Assembly: GCF_964213995.1 (NCBI RefSeq)
Contig: NC_135830.1
Location: 13,578,001 to 13,642,000 of the forward strand
Length of the DNA stretch: 64,000 nucleotides
Direction of reading: 5' to 3'
DNA from: Mustelus asterias
Lineage: Eukaryota
In this document: positions 23,061 through 36,073 of the stretch, piece by piece
How positions within the stretch are numbered: position 1 is the stretch's first letter
Layout: each line of letters opens with the position of its first letter
Notes under the pieces: model-generated
Told to the model about the DNA's origin: nothing
Database searches by the model: none
What the model saw: the letters and a program-made list of their open reading frames with translations, nothing else
Program-made: the position numbers and the translations under genes

Positions 23061-23784
23061 ACCCGCAGGGGCAGCTGGGAATTAACGGCGTCATTGTCAA
23101 AGACGATAATAGAAAATTATCTTGTGCAATTAAGATCAAATAATTTAAAAAAATGTATTCCTCGGAATTTGTGCACTGCCATTCTCCATTTCTAAAATTG
23201 ATTTAAACCAGTGCTCTCCTGTGGGAATACCCCGAGTTTTAAAAACTTTTCCCACTGGTTTCTTCCCCTCTCTGCTCTCCTGAAGGTGCTCATACTGGTT
23301 GGGTAAATCCCACAGAGACTGGTTTCTTTCACTTTCTTTCCCCTGATGCTGAATATTCTGTTTTATGGAATGATACATCACAGATGGAAACCATTTTGCT
23401 CATCCTGCCCAATCGGGCTGTCTTTAAGATCTATCCAATTAATCCCACAGCCTTGCTGGCAGAGTGAGAACAATATCTATATACTGCAGCAGTGCAGGAG
23501 GTGAATGGAAAATGTTTTCCAGTTGCACACCTCTCAGACACACTCACCCCTAGAAAGATAAATTGGCCTGTGTACTAAGAACAAAGAAAATTACAGTACA
23601 GGAACAGGCCCTTTGGCCCTCCAAGCCTGCACCGACCATGCTGCCCGATTTAAGTAAAACCCCCTACCCTTCTGGGAACCATATCACTCTATTCCCATCG
23701 TATTCATGTACTTGTCAAGACGCCCCTTAAAAGTCACTACCGTACCTGCTTCCACTACCTCCCCCGAGTTCCAGGCACCCACCA

Positions 23785-24305
23785 CTCCCCGCTGTGAATG
23801 CTGCGATGTATTTTCAGGCTGTGTAACTGGTTAAAGCTCTTTCCACACTCAGTGCACTGGAACACTCTCACTCGGGTGTGTGTCTCGGTGCTTTTCCAGT
23901 CACACTGAAATTTAAAATCTCCTGAAGCAGACTGAACAGAGAAACATTTCCATTCTGGATTCAAAGGTCGATAATATTCAGGTCCCGACGAATTGAGGAC
24001 TCTGTCAGATATTGATGTGACGTTTGGTTTGAGATTTCTGTCTGTAAATCCTCACCTTCTAATATCCTGTAAAAGGAATTTACAAAAGTCATCAATGTCA
24101 GTACAAGATAGAAATTCAGAACAGACAGTTCAAGTTTCTATGGAACATTCTTTCCTCTCTCATTCCCCAAAAGCTGTAAATCTCCATCCCACACACTCTC
24201 TCTCCATTCTCACTCTGCTGTATCTAATATTCACCCTCCCAATTCTCCTAAAGATGCTAATTGAGGCTGATTGACAGATCCATGCTCACTGCTTCCTGTC
24301 CTGGA
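23785..24305 (-). pseudogene. Truncated zinc-finger gene (small exon plus start of main exon), cut by a CR1 3' end (~23578-23765)
   Basis: [23 protein letters not shown] then breaks. Confidence 0.8.
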
Positions 24306-24910
24306 CACAGGGAGCTGAAAATCTCCATGCAGGCTGCCAGACAGATGTCTATAATACTGGATAAAAGTGTAATATACAGGACATTATTTGAATAGTGACA
24401 GAGCAGGGATTTGAGGAAGATTTATACTTGGGTAGGGAGAGCACATGATCTGGAACTCGCTGCCTAAAAGGATGGTGGAACAGAAGATGAATGGGAAATA
24501 CATCTCATGATATAGTGGGATCTGGAAAGCAGAATTTATTTCCCTTTCCAAAAGAGAAAATGCTGGAAAATCTCTGCAGGTCTGGCAGCATCTGTGAGGA
24601 GAGAAAAGAGCTGACATTGAGGCCGGATGACCCTTTGTCAAAGCTATTTCCCTTTCTTTCCTTCTCTGCCACCGCTCTGCCTCATCAATAAGACATTGGG
24701 ACTCAGAGGGTTGATGCAGTTTGATGGACAAGTTGTCTCCATTCTGAACAATGGGGAACAAGCTCCTCCCACTCAATGACAACATTGCCCCCTAAAAGGA
24801 TGACGGCTGCGCATGCGCCTTCTTGCATATTGCCCCCAATAAAGATGGCGGCCGTGAGCGCGGCCCGAACATGAGGAGCTGCGGTACCGCTCGGTACAAA
24901 CTGGGTCCGT

Positions 24911-25573
24911 TGGAGGTCCCTCTACGGAGGGATCTCCCCCAATTACGTCGGGGACCTGGGGTGGAGGGTGATGCATGCAGCAGTTCCGCACAACCGTAGG
25001 ATTCACTGGTTCACGGGCTCCGAAGACTGCCCTTTCTGCGGCCTTGTGGAGTCCATGGACTATGTCTATGTTGAGTGTCTTAGGCTGCACTCCCTTTATG
25101 TTTTCCTAAAGAGCCTTTTGTTGATGTTTTGTCTGCATTTCAGTCCCACGCTCCTGATCTACGGACACCTGGTGCGGAGAGGGGAGGGTCGGGATGGCGA
25201 CCTCCTTGTGAACCTGCTCCTGGGCCTGGCGAAACGCGCCATTTACTGGTCCAGGCTGCGGGCGATCGAGGGGGCCGTCCATCCTGACTGTCTTCCCCTC
25301 TACCGCAGCTACGTTCACGGCCAGGTGTCCCTGGAGAGGGAGCATGCGGTGTCCACGGGCGAGGTTGACGCTTTCCGCGCCCGCTGGGCACCGCAGGGGT
25401 TGGGGTGCATTATTGACCCTAATAATCACATTTTAATTTGATGTTTTTAAGTTTCCTTTGTACTTTGATTTCTGTTCGGGCTGTTCCCCCTCCTTTTTGG
25501 GGAGCTGCCCCTTTTACTTTGTCCTGAATTAATCTGAGTTTGTTTACTTGGTTTGGTTTGACCTAAAAAGAGG
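24911..25573 (+). mobile_element. Tx1 (L1 clade) 5'-truncated copy with 15-bp TSD
   Basis: ORF2 C-terminus CPFCGLVES; TSD ACAAACTGGGTCCGT at 24896-24910 and 25574-25588; empty site near 60201. Confidence 0.9.
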
Positions 25574-25739
25574 ACAAACTGGGTCCGTGAAGCTCTTTAC
25601 CGAGGTTCACGGCTGACACAACCTGCTTACGCAGCGTTTCCGTCCACCCGCGAGATCCCTCGCCCCCTCCGTACCGTCAATCACCGCTAACCTATCTCCG
25701 AGCCGAAAAAACAGCCCCGTCTCCGTCGCCATTACCCAC

Positions 25740-25885
25740 ACTGCGCATGCCCCAGTCAGAGCGGGCCCCGCCCCTCATTCACTGTGATTGGTTGGAGGAC
25801 CAGCCTCTCCCACTCGGACCTCCAACCGCGCCCCTTGTCTCCCCATTGGTCCACGCTGCCGTCAATCAGCCGGGCATTGTGACGG
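25740..25885. promoter_or_regulatory. ZNF-cluster promoter cassette (NRF1-like, GC box, CCAAT boxes)
   Basis: Same cassette at ~34860-35075, ~52935-53060 (inverted), ~60370-60510. Confidence 0.65.
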
Positions 25886-25914
25886 TGACTTGCTGCTTGT
25901 CCAATAATAAGTGA

Positions 25915-26091
25915 CAGAGTCTCAGTGTTACAATGACACACACAGGCTCCAATACAATCAGAGTGGGGATGGAGCACAGAGACAACACAGCAAAGCACTG
26001 ACTTACTCTCAGTGTAACAATGACACACACAGGCTCCAATACAATCAGAGTGGAGATGGAGCACAGAGACAACACAGCAAAGCACTGACTT
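25915..26091. repeat. 87-bp minisatellite, 2 copies
   Basis: Unit starts at 25924 and 26011. Confidence 0.9.
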
Positions 26092-26149
26092 CAAAACAGA
26101 AAATGCTGCAAAACCTCAGCAAGTCTGACAGCAACTGTGGAGAGAGATT

Positions 26150-26962
26150 CCATGAAGTGGAGATGCCGGCGTTCGACTGGGGTAGGCCCAGTAAGAAGTC
26201 TCACAACACCAGGTTAAAGTCCAACAGGTTTATTTGGTAGCACAAGCCATAAGCTTTCGGAGCGCTGCCCCTTCATCAGATGAGTGGGAGTTCTGTTCAC
26301 AAACAGGGCATATAAAGACACAAACCCAATTTACAAAATAATGGTTGGAATGCAAGTCTTTACAGGTAATCAAGTCTTAATGGTACAGACAATGTGAGTG
26401 GAGAGAGCATTAAGCACAGGTTAGAGATGTGTATTGCCTCCAGCCAGGACAGAAAGTGAGATTTTGCAAGTCCAGGCAGGTTGTGGGGGTTACAGATAGT
26501 GTGACATGAACCCAAGATCCTGGTTGAGGCCGTCCTCATGTGTGCGGAACTTAGCTATCAGTCCCTGCTCAGCGACTCTGCGTTGTTGTGTGTCATGAAG
26601 GCCGTCTTGGAGAACGCTTACCCGAAGATCAGAGGCCGAATTCTATGAATGCCTGTGACTGTTGAAGTGTTCCCCAACAGGAAGAGAACACTCTTGCCTG
26701 GTGATTGTCGAGCGCTGTTCATTCATCCGTGGTCGTCTCGTCTGCATAGTCTCCCCAATGTACCATGCCTCGGGACATCCTTTCCTGCAACGTATCAGGC
26801 AGACAACGTTGGCTGAGTTGCAAGTGTATGTACCGTGTACCTGGTGGATGGTGTTCTCACGTGAGATGATGGCAGCCGTGTTGATGATCCGGCACGTCTT
26901 GCAGAGGTTGCTGTGGCAGGGTTGTGTGGTGTCGTGGTCACTGTTCTCCTGAAGGCTGGGGA
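26150..26962 (-). mobile_element. Penelope-like retroelement, GIY-YIG endonuclease end plus pseudo-LTR
   Basis: C..C...TC.SANVVCLIRCRKGCPEAWYIGET...VGEHFN; hammerhead at 26248-26282. Confidence 0.9.
26248..26282 (-). ncRNA. Minimal type I hammerhead ribozyme (Penelope)
   Basis: cat-CTGATGA-a-ggggc(agc)gctcc-GAAA-gc-TT-atg. Confidence 0.8.
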
Positions 26963-27144
26963 GTTTGTGAGACTTACAAAGAGATTCTAGCCAACATTTC
27001 GAGTCTGAATGACCCTTCGTCATGGATTGGCTTAGTTTACTTACTCTGGATTTAACAAACATAGTGTTTATTCCAAATATAAGTCAGGCTGCAGTGTGTC
27101 AGTGAACACAGTATTGGATCCAATGTAATGATAGGGCAGACAGT

Positions 27145-27445
27145 ATAGAATCCCTACAGTGCAGAAGGAGGTCACTGAGCCTATACCAACAACGATCTCA
27201 CCCCCAGCCCTATCCCCGTCACCCATGTAGTTATCCTGCTAATCCCCGACACTAAGGGCCAATTTAGCATGGCCAATCAATCTAATCTGCACATTTTTGG
27301 AGTGTGGGAGTAAATAAGAGCACCCGGAGGAAACCCACACAGATACAGGGAGAATGTGCAGACTCCACACAGTCAGCTGAGGCACGAATTGAACCCGGGT
27401 TCCTGGCGCTGTGAGGCAGCAATGCTAACCACTGTGCTGCCAGGC
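27145..27445 (-). mobile_element. HE1-type SINE
   Basis: Reverse-complement head and tail. Confidence 0.85.
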
Positions 27446-28989
27446 TGCCTGTGTTTTAAGAAATCTCATTAAAATCTGGAACTCAGATGGGGATATGGGT
27501 TGGTGTTAGGTGGGAATCAGATTTACAGAATTTCAGAATGGATTCCTGTAATATCAGCAATCCAATTGCTATATGTTGGTAAGACTGAGGGAAGTATTTA
27601 AAGTGGAGACCATCGGTGTGTTTAAAGGTCGTGATGGAATTTATGAACTGAGAAAATATGTGAGAGCAAAGAAATCAATCTAGAAAATTGTAGTCACTTC
27701 ACGTTGTTCCAGGAGAAGTGGCATCTGGTTGTGGAGATGTCAGGTTTTACACAGCACATGGTCATTCTGAATGGAGAATCTCTGAGTTGTACAATTCACA
27801 TCATTCAGGGGCCAGATTGTCTGCTCAGAAAGAGGAAGGTTTCTGTGACACCAATGAAAAGCAACACACGGACTCACAGACACCCTCACACACAGAGTCT
27901 CACACCCTGCAAATTTTCTCCTGTCACTTTATTGTTTTTAGTCTTTTTGAAATAAATCCTGAATGAACTATAAAATCATACATAAGTACTTGTTGAGATT
28001 CCCCTGAAAGACATCTATACTGTTCATTTCACTCCCTGTAGTTGTGATTTCCATATTCTCGCCACTCTTTGTGTAGAGAAATTTATCCTGGATTTCCTAT
28101 TGGGTTTCTTAGTGACTGTTTTATATTGATTGTCTCCAGTTTCCCAGTAACTTCATTGCAGTGTTAATCTAAGCCTACTTGTGACGAATAAATAAAAACT
28201 TTACTTTTTGCTCTTCCCCTCAAGAGGAAACACTATTTCTGTATCTAAACCCTTTATAATTTTGAGGACCTCTGCTCAGGTTACCCCTCAGCCTTCATTT
28301 CTCAAGAAAGAAGAACTAGCCTGTCAATCCTTTCCTGATAAAAAAACCACACACGTTTTGAAAATCATTTATGGGATGTGGGCATTGCTGGCTTGGCCAG
28401 CATTTATGGCTAATCCCTGATTGCCCTTGAGAAGGTGGTGGTGAGCTGCCTTCTACATTAAAATCTCATCATTAAAATCTTCTCCACCCTTTCCAGTGCC
28501 TGGATATTTTTTTAATAATACGGTGACCAGAATGGTATGCAGTAGTCAGGAAGATTCTTGATTAAAGAGTCACAGATTTTCCAAAAGTGGTTTGAGCTTA
28601 TCCATGGTTTTAAATTAGATTATTAGGAAGCAACAATTTAAAAATGATGCATAATAAACAGGGGAAAAAAAAACAAGACCTATGGCAGGTGAGTAACTGA
28701 GGCCCCAGCACTGATCCTGCGTTACCCAAATAGTCACTGCCTGCCAGTTGGAAAAAGACCCGTTTAATCCTACTCTTTGTCTCCTGTCTGCCAATCAGTT
28801 TTCTCCCCATCTCAGTACAACAGCCCCAATCCCATGTGCTTTACTTTTTGTGAAGAAGTTGCCGAGTTGGCGGACGAGGGGAATCGGGTTCACGTTATCT
28901 ATCTCAGGGCATAATCATCAACAACTTGTATTTACACAGAGTGTTGTGGGGCTGGAGGAGGTTACTGAGATACTGAGGAACTTTTTAAA

Positions 28990-29332
28990 ATTCATTTTTA
29001 CGGAATGTAGGCGTCACTTGCTGGGCCAGCATTTCTTTCCCATCCCTAACTGCCCTCCATTTCAGAGGGCATTTGAGAGTCAACCACATTGCTGGTCTGG
29101 AGTCACATGTAGGCCTGACCAAGGAAGGACGGCAGGTTTCCTTTTCTAAAGGGCGTTACTGAATCAAATGGGTTTTTACGACAATTGATTAAAGGTTGAG
29201 GTTTGTCATTAGACTTTTAATTGAAGATTTTAATTGAATACAAATTTCACCATCGACTGTGGTGGGATTCGAACCTGGGTCCCCAGAGCCTTACCCTGAG
29301 TCCAGTGATAATTCCACTGTGCCGCTGCCTCC
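28990..29332 (-). mobile_element. Deu-domain SINE-like repeat (SacSINE1/AmnSINE1-like); related pieces ~21190-21465, ~28370, ~49560, ~52290
   Basis: tRNA-like B box and gggcagttagggatgg...aatgctggcccagc tail; recognised from memory. Confidence 0.5.
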
Positions 29333-29396
29333 CCTATTCATCCAATTGTTATTGTTTATCTCAGGGCGCAGAAACAACAGAATCCAACTTTGCCGG

Positions 29397-30641
29397 TCAC
29401 ACATGAAGTCGTCTATGTTTCAGCAGGCTGTAATACTGATTAAATCCCTTCCCACACATGGAGCAGTTGAAAGGTTTTGCCCCAGTGTGAACTCGCTGGT
29501 GTCTCTGCAGGCGGGATGGATCAGTGAATCCCTTCCCACACAGGGAGCAGGTGAACGGTTCTGTCGCAGTGTGAGCTCGCTGGTGTTTCAGCATATAGGA
29601 TGAATCAGTGAATCCCTTCCCACACACAGAGCAGGTGAACGGCTTCTCCCCGGTGTGAATGCGTTGGTGTCTCAGCAGGCCAGACGACTGAGCGAATCCC
29701 TTTCCACACACAGAGCACAGGAACGGCCTCTCCCCGGTGTGAATGCGTTTGTGTTTCAGCAGATCATCACTTCTTTTAAAGGTCTTATTGCATTCTGAGC
29801 ATTGAAAAGGTCTCTTATCAGAGTGAATGTGTTGGTGTTGATTGCAGGAGGAAAACTGAGCAAATCTTTTGCCGCAAATGGAGCAGGAGAACGGCTTCTC
29901 CCCTGTGTGAATGCGGCGGTGTCTCCAGAGGCTGGATGACTCCGTGAAAGCCTTCCCACACACAGAGCAGCTGAATGCCTTCTCCCCGGTGTGAATAGGC
30001 CGGTGACTTAGCAGATGCTGCAAACAAGTAAATGCTTTCCCACAAACAGGGCAAACGTATGGCCTCTCCCCAGTGTGAGTGCCCTGGTGTCTCAGCAGAC
30101 TAATCCTTCTTTTGAAGGTCTTCTCACATTTAAAGCATTTAAAATGTCTCTTCTGAAAATGAATCTGTTGGTGAACGGTGCAGTGGGAGGACTGAGTGAA
30201 TCTCTTCCCACACTGAGAGCAGCTGAATGGCCTGTCCTTGGTGTGAACTTGTTGGTGCTCAGTGAGATGCACTGAGTCGCTGAATGACTCCCCACAGTGA
30301 GAGCAGCTGAACGGTCTCTCGTGTGTGTGAAGGAGCTGGTGCTCTGCAAGGCGGGAGGACTGGCTGAACCTCTTCCCGCAGTGGGAGCAGCTGAACGGTC
30401 TCTCGTCAGTGTGAAGGAGCTGGTGTTGGGCCTGTTCCTCAGAAGTTTCAATGCTTTGCCCAGAGTCAGAGCTTTGAAGAGGCTTCTGAATAATGTGATC
30501 GAGTTGGTGAGCCAGCAGGTTGGACGAACACATGAATTTCTTCCCACACACGGAGCAGGTGAATGAACTCTCACTATTGCGAGTTCGCTGTCGTGTCAGC
30601 ATGTTTTCCAGCTGATCAATCCCTTCCCACAGGAGGAGCAA
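29397..30641 (-). CDS. C2H2 zinc-finger protein, 13 canonical + 1 degenerate fingers
   Basis: 414-codon open frame; first ATG ~30602; true start uncertain; acceptor near 30785. Confidence 0.9.
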   Translation of the reverse strand: MLLLWEGIDQLENMLTRQRTRNSESSFTCSVCGKKFMCSSNLLAHQLDHIIQKPLQSSDSGQSIETSEEQAQHQLLHTDERPFSCSHCGKRFSQSSRLAEHQLLHTHERPFSCSHCGESFSDSVHLTEHQQVHTKDRPFSCSQCGKRFTQSSHCTVHQQIHFQKRHFKCFKCEKTFKRRISLLRHQGTHTGERPYVCPVCGKAFTCLQHLLSHRPIHTGEKAFSCSVCGKAFTESSSLWRHRRIHTGEKPFSCSICGKRFAQFSSCNQHQHIHSDKRPFQCSECNKTFKRSDDLLKHKRIHTGERPFLCSVCGKGFAQSSGLLRHQRIHTGEKPFTCSVCGKGFTDSSYMLKHQRAHTATEPFTCSLCGKGFTDPSRLQRHQRVHTGAKPFNCSMCGKGFNQYYSLLKHRRLHV

Positions 30642-30817
30642 GGAAACAGATTCTCACCAGTTTCCAACTGAGATGGTCAATTAAATCCCTTCAGATGTAC
30701 AAATCTTCAAATCCCAATGAATTGATTGACTCTGTCTGACGTGAGATTTGATTGTCCAGACTGCAAATCCTCCTCTTCTATTTCCTGCAAAATAAGTTTA
30801 CAAAGAATTACGTGGCT

Positions 30818-31245
30818 GGCACGGTGGCACAGTGGTTAGTCCTCCTGCCTCACAGCGCCAGGGACCTGGGTTCGATTCCGGCCTTGGTTACCTGTCTGTG
30901 TGGAGTTTACACAGTAAGGAGTCTAACAACACCAGGTTAAAGTCCAACAGGTTTATTTGGTCGCAAAAGCCACCAGCTTTCGGAGCGCTGCTGTGTGGAG
31001 TTTGCACATTCTCTACTTGTCTGCGTGGGTTTCCTCCGGGTGCTCCAGTTTTCTCCCACAGTCCAAAGATATTCAGGTTAGGTGGATTTCATGCTAAATT
31101 ATCCATTTTTCCCCAGGGTGTGTAGGTTAGGGAGATTAGTGGGGTAAATAAGTTGGGTTATGTTGTTGGGGCCTTGGTGGGATGCTCTGTCAGAGAGTTG
31201 ACTTGATGGGCCAAATAGCCTCCTTCCGAACTGTGGAATTCTATG
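30818..31245 (+). mobile_element. HE1-type SINE with Penelope pLTR fragment inserted (~30913-30990)
   Basis: ctgtgtggagttt duplicated either side of the insert. Confidence 0.8.
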
Positions 31246-32204
31246 AATATATCTATCCTGGACTGACAGTGGTGACTTTTGTAAACTCCCTTTACAGGAT
31301 ATTGGAAAGGAGGATTTACAGCAAGAAAACACAAACCAAACATCACGTTGAGATCTGACAGTCACTCGGATCATTAGGAGCTGATTGTTATTGTCTTTGA
31401 ACAGGGAAGGAGAATTGTTTGTTCTGTCTGTGACAATACACAAACAGGCCATTCGGTTTATTGAGTCTGTACTGGAGTTTATACTCCACATGAGTCTCCT
31501 CTCATTCTGATCACCACATCTCAGCTTTTCAGTTGAAATTTCCAATCCCTTTTCTCCCATAGGCTCGTATATTTTCCTTTTGAAAGCATCTAAAGTATTT
31601 GTGTCAACCACTTCGAGTCGCAGTGAGTTCCATATTCTAACAACTGTCTGAAGAAAGAAACATCTTCTATTTTCCTGTTTGATTTATTTGTTGTCTGTTC
31701 ATGGTTCCCAGTAATGGAAAAACCAACAAGTGAAAACATTCCATTCACATCTACCTACTTATCCCATTCAGAAAGCCCATATCAGAAGAGACAACATTTT
31801 CTCTTGGTTTGAGTTTGTTGTGTGTAAATCCTCCCTTTCTCACCCCCTTAACAAAAAATATCCAAAATTCATCACGATAGAAAATCCAGGTACAAGTAAT
31901 TCAGAAAGCTATTATTTGTTATGAGGGGAATGGAGTGAAAGCAGTGAAGTTATGTTTCAGTTGCACACGGTGAGTCTGTATCTGGAGCAATGTCTACATT
32001 TCGATTTCCTTAGTTAAGGAAAAATATAAGTGCATTAGAAGAAGTTCATAGTAGGTTTAGTCGACTAACACCTGGAATAGGTGGATTGTCTGATGAGGAG
32101 CAGTGAGACAGTCTCTGCTCAAGTTTAGCTTCTGCTCGAGTTTAAAAGAGTAAGAGGCAACTTAATTTAAACCTTTCACATCCTGAAAGGTCTTGGATGC
32201 AGAG

Positions 32205-33650
32205 ATTCATAGAGTCATAGAGGTTTACAGCGTGGAAACAGGCCCTTCAGTCCAACTTGTCCATGCCGCCCCTTTTTTTAACCCCGAAGCTAGTCCCAAT
32301 TGCCCGCATTTGGCCCATATCCCTCTATACCCATCATACCCATGTAACTGTCAAAACGCTTTTCAAAAGACAAAATTGTACCCGCCTCTACTACTACCTC
32401 TGGCAGTTTGCTCAAGACACTCACCACCCTCTGTATGAAAATATTGCCCCTCTCGACTCTTTTTATCTCTCCCCTTAAACCTATGACCTCTAGTTTTAGA
32501 CTCCCCTACCTTTGGGAAAAGATATTGACTATCTATCTATCTACCTCATTATTTTATAGACTGCTATAAGATCACCCCTATGCCTCCTGCGCTCCAGAAA
32601 AAAAAGTCCCAGTCTATCCAGTCTCGCCTTATAACCACCAAGTCCCTGTAGCATCCTCGTAAATCTTTTCTGCACTCTTTCTTGTTTAATACCATGCGTT
32701 CTGTAATAGGTTGACCAGAACTGCACACAGTATTCCAAGTGTGGCCTTACCAATGTCTTGTACAACTTCAACAAGACGTCCCAACTCCTGTATTCAATGT
32801 TCTGACCAATGAAACCAAGCATGCCGAATGCCTTCTTCACCACTCTGTCCACCTGTGACTCCACTTTCAAGGAGCTATGAATCTGTTCTCCTAGATCTCT
32901 TTGTTCTATAACTCCCCAATGCCCTACCATTAACTGAGTAAGTCCTGCCCTGGTTTGATCTACCAAAACGCATCACTTCGCATTTATCTAAATTAAACTC
33001 CATCTGGCATTCGTCAGCCCACTGGCCCAATTGATCAAGATTCCATTGCAATCAGAGATAATTTTCTTCACTGTCCACTATGCCACAATCCTGGTGTCTG
33101 CAAACGTACTAACCATGCCTCCTAAATTCTCATCCACATCATTCATATAAATGATAAATAACAGTGGACGCAACACCAATCCCTGAGGCACACCACTGGT
33201 CACAGGCCTCCAGTTTGAAAAACAATCCTCTACAACCATCCTGTCTTCTGTCATGAAGGGGCAGTGCTCTGAAAGCTTGTGGCTTGTGCTACCAAATAAA
33301 CCTGTTGGACTTTAACCTGGTGTTGTGAGACTTTTTCTGTCATCAAGCCAATTTTGTACCGATTTGCTACCTCACCCTGGATCCTGTGAGATTTAACCTT
33401 ATGCAACAATTTACCATGTGGTATCTTGTCAAAGGCCTTGCTAAAGGTCATGTAGAGAACATCAACTGCACTGCCCTCATCTACCTTCTTGGTTACCCAT
33501 TCAAAAAACTCAATCAAATTTGTGAGATATGATTTTCCACTCCAAAGCCATGTTGTCTCTAAATGCCACTCACATGACTGTCTCTAATCAGTCCTTGTGT
33601 CTCTAAATGCCTGTAGATTCTGTCTCTCAAAATACCTTCTAAAAACTTGC
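32205..33650 (-). mobile_element. CR1 LINE RT fragment with small Penelope insert (~33250-33332)
   Basis: VRPHLEYCVQFWS, FSKAFDKIPH motifs. Confidence 0.9.
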
Positions 33651-33967
33651 TTGAACTGTTGGTTACTCTTATGGGAGAATCTTGGGGTCACTATTTAAAA
33701 AACAGTGCTGCCCATAGAGAGAGATGAGATGTTCTTCTCTCAGTGGGTTGTGACTCCGTTCCTCAAAAGTGGAAGTAGAGCCTGATTTCAATTAGATATA
33801 TCTCTTGGGGCTAAAGGGATATTATGGGGTGGGGGGTGGGATTACGGTATTGAATTCGAGGATCAGCCATGACTATAATGAATGGCAGGGAATGCTCAAA
33901 GAGCTGAATGGTCTACTTCCGCTTCTATGTAAACATGAGGAGCCTGGGGCTGAAGTGTAATGAAAAG

Positions 33968-34352
33968 GCTATAAGACATAGGAGCAGAATTGGGCCACTC
34001 GGCCCATTGAGTCTGCTCCACCATTCAATCATGGCTGATTCTCCTATCTTTTTCCCATAACCCCTGATCTGCTTATTAATCAACAACCTATCTATCTCTG
34101 TCTTAAAGACACTCAATGACCTGGCCTCCACAGCCTTCTGCAACAAAGGGTTCCACAGATTGACCACTCTCTGGCTGAAGAAATTCCTCCTCATCTGTTT
34201 TAAAGGATCATCCCCTTAGTCTGAGGTTGTGCCCGCTGGTTCTAGTTTTTCCTACCAGTGGAAACATCCTCTCCACGTCCACTCTGTCCAGGCCTCGCCG
34301 TATCCTGTAAGTTTCAATAATTTCCTCCTCAACCTTCTAAACTCCAACGAGT
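33968..34352 (-). mobile_element. CR1 3' end
   Basis: MRRNFFSQRVVNLWN. Confidence 0.85.
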
Positions 34353-34539
34353 ACAAAAGCCGTGTAACCGCTTCATGTAAGTACTCAGGGATGCAACCCC
34401 TCACACTGAATATGTACATGACCCATTAACTTCTCTCGGCTGCAAACGTCAGGTGCAGCCTGGGAGTGGGTGAAGCTGTTTGAAAATCTATTGTTCATTG
34501 TTGGTATGCATTTGGACCCGGTGGGTGCATTAGGACCCG

Positions 34540-35150
34540 GTGGGAGCAGAAACACAAAGACCCGCCCACTCACGGTTGCGTCACCAAGCCACCAACGCGT
34601 GCGCTCTGCTCTCCGCTGGATCAAGATGGCGGCCGTTAACCTGAGCTTCGTCTCGGGAAAAAGACCTGAAGCTGCAAACACGGGACCTACGGGCTCATAT
34701 TCGAGGTTTGAGGCCTTCAGCAGATACTTAGACACCCTCTCCGTCCATCCGCCGGTTCCATTGCTCCCTCTATGTTTCTGCATCCTTACCGGCTGCTGAT
34801 GAGACAGAGGAACTTCTCTCCAGTTGCTGTCACCCGCACTGCGAACGCCGTTGCTTACTGCGCATGTGCATCTCTCCCATGCAAAGAATAGAGAACTCTT
34901 CCTATTGGTCCGGGCCCTCATTCAGTGCGATTGGTTGGAGGACCAGCCGCTCCGGGGCTCGGTCCTCCAGTCCCGCCCCTCATTCACTCCGATTGGTTGG
35001 GGGACCAGCCCCGCCCCCTCTTCCTATTGGTCCGGAGCTGCCGTCAATCAATCCCCGGGCATTGTGATGTGGAGCATGCGCTGTGTCATTGCTGTCCTTG
35101 GCGCTTGTTTGTCCCGGAGAAGCGGAGTCAGCGTTAGGCGGTGGCTGGGA
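34540..35150. promoter_or_regulatory. CpG island, probable bidirectional promoter for the divergent ZNF genes at 29397 (-) and 36074 (+)
   Basis: YY1-like AAGATGGCGGC, GCGCATG, four ATTGG boxes, GC boxes. Confidence 0.65.
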
Positions 35151-36073
35151 GGATTTGGAAACACTTTGTGGATCCGCAAACCCTTCAGAATCATTGTCAG
35201 CTCCCTGGTTTGCAGCTGCGGGGCTTCTCCCTCCCTCCCTCCCGGGAACAGGCCCAGGTTAACGGCCCCATCCTGGCTCAGCCACTGGAGGATGGTTCAC
35301 ATCAGAGGATGGGGGAGGGGGACAATAAATAAGATATTTTTGGCCTCAAATCAATGAGGACTCTGATCTCTGGGAAGGAAGGAAACCCTGGGAGGTGGGC
35401 GGGGAGGATTCACAAACACCCGCTGGAGGCCCCAACACCCCCAATAAGACCCATTGGTTTTATTGTCAGTCTGCAGACAGGAGCTGGAGAACTGAACCCA
35501 GACAGAGGAGAGGGAGGGAGAAAACTGGGAGTGGAGGAAAGAAATGGTGAGATGGGTTTGGATTTCAGCCCAGGGAGGAGGGAGAGTGTGTGGGATGGGG
35601 ATTTACAGATTTGGGGGAACAAGAGAGAAAAAAATGTTCCAGAAAAACTATAATTATCTGTTTTGATTTGTTTTCCTATGATGACAGTGGTTTTGTAAAC
35701 TTCTTTTGCAGAATATTTGAAGTGGAAGTTTTACAGACATGAAACTCAAATCAAAATTCTTACTAGTATTTCACAGTTGCTCAATTTATCAGCATATGAA
35801 CACCGTCAACCTTTGAATGTGGGAGGAAAAATGTTTCTCTGTTCTTTCTGGGAAAAGATTTCAAACATCAGTGTGATTGGAAAAGCACCGAGACACATGC
35901 ACACACCGGAGTGAGCGCGTTCCAGTGAACTGACTGTGGAAAGAGCTTTAACCAGTTACACAGCTTGAAAAAATATCACCCCACTCAAAGTGAGGTGAAA
36001 CTGTACATGTTCTGTGTACAGATGAATCTTGAACTGATTGTCCAACCCGGAGAGACACAAGGATACTGGCGCC

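Noticed and set aside
34380-34402. Short match to the array (gggatgcaaccc)
   Set aside because: About 13 nt with no flanking similarity; likely chance
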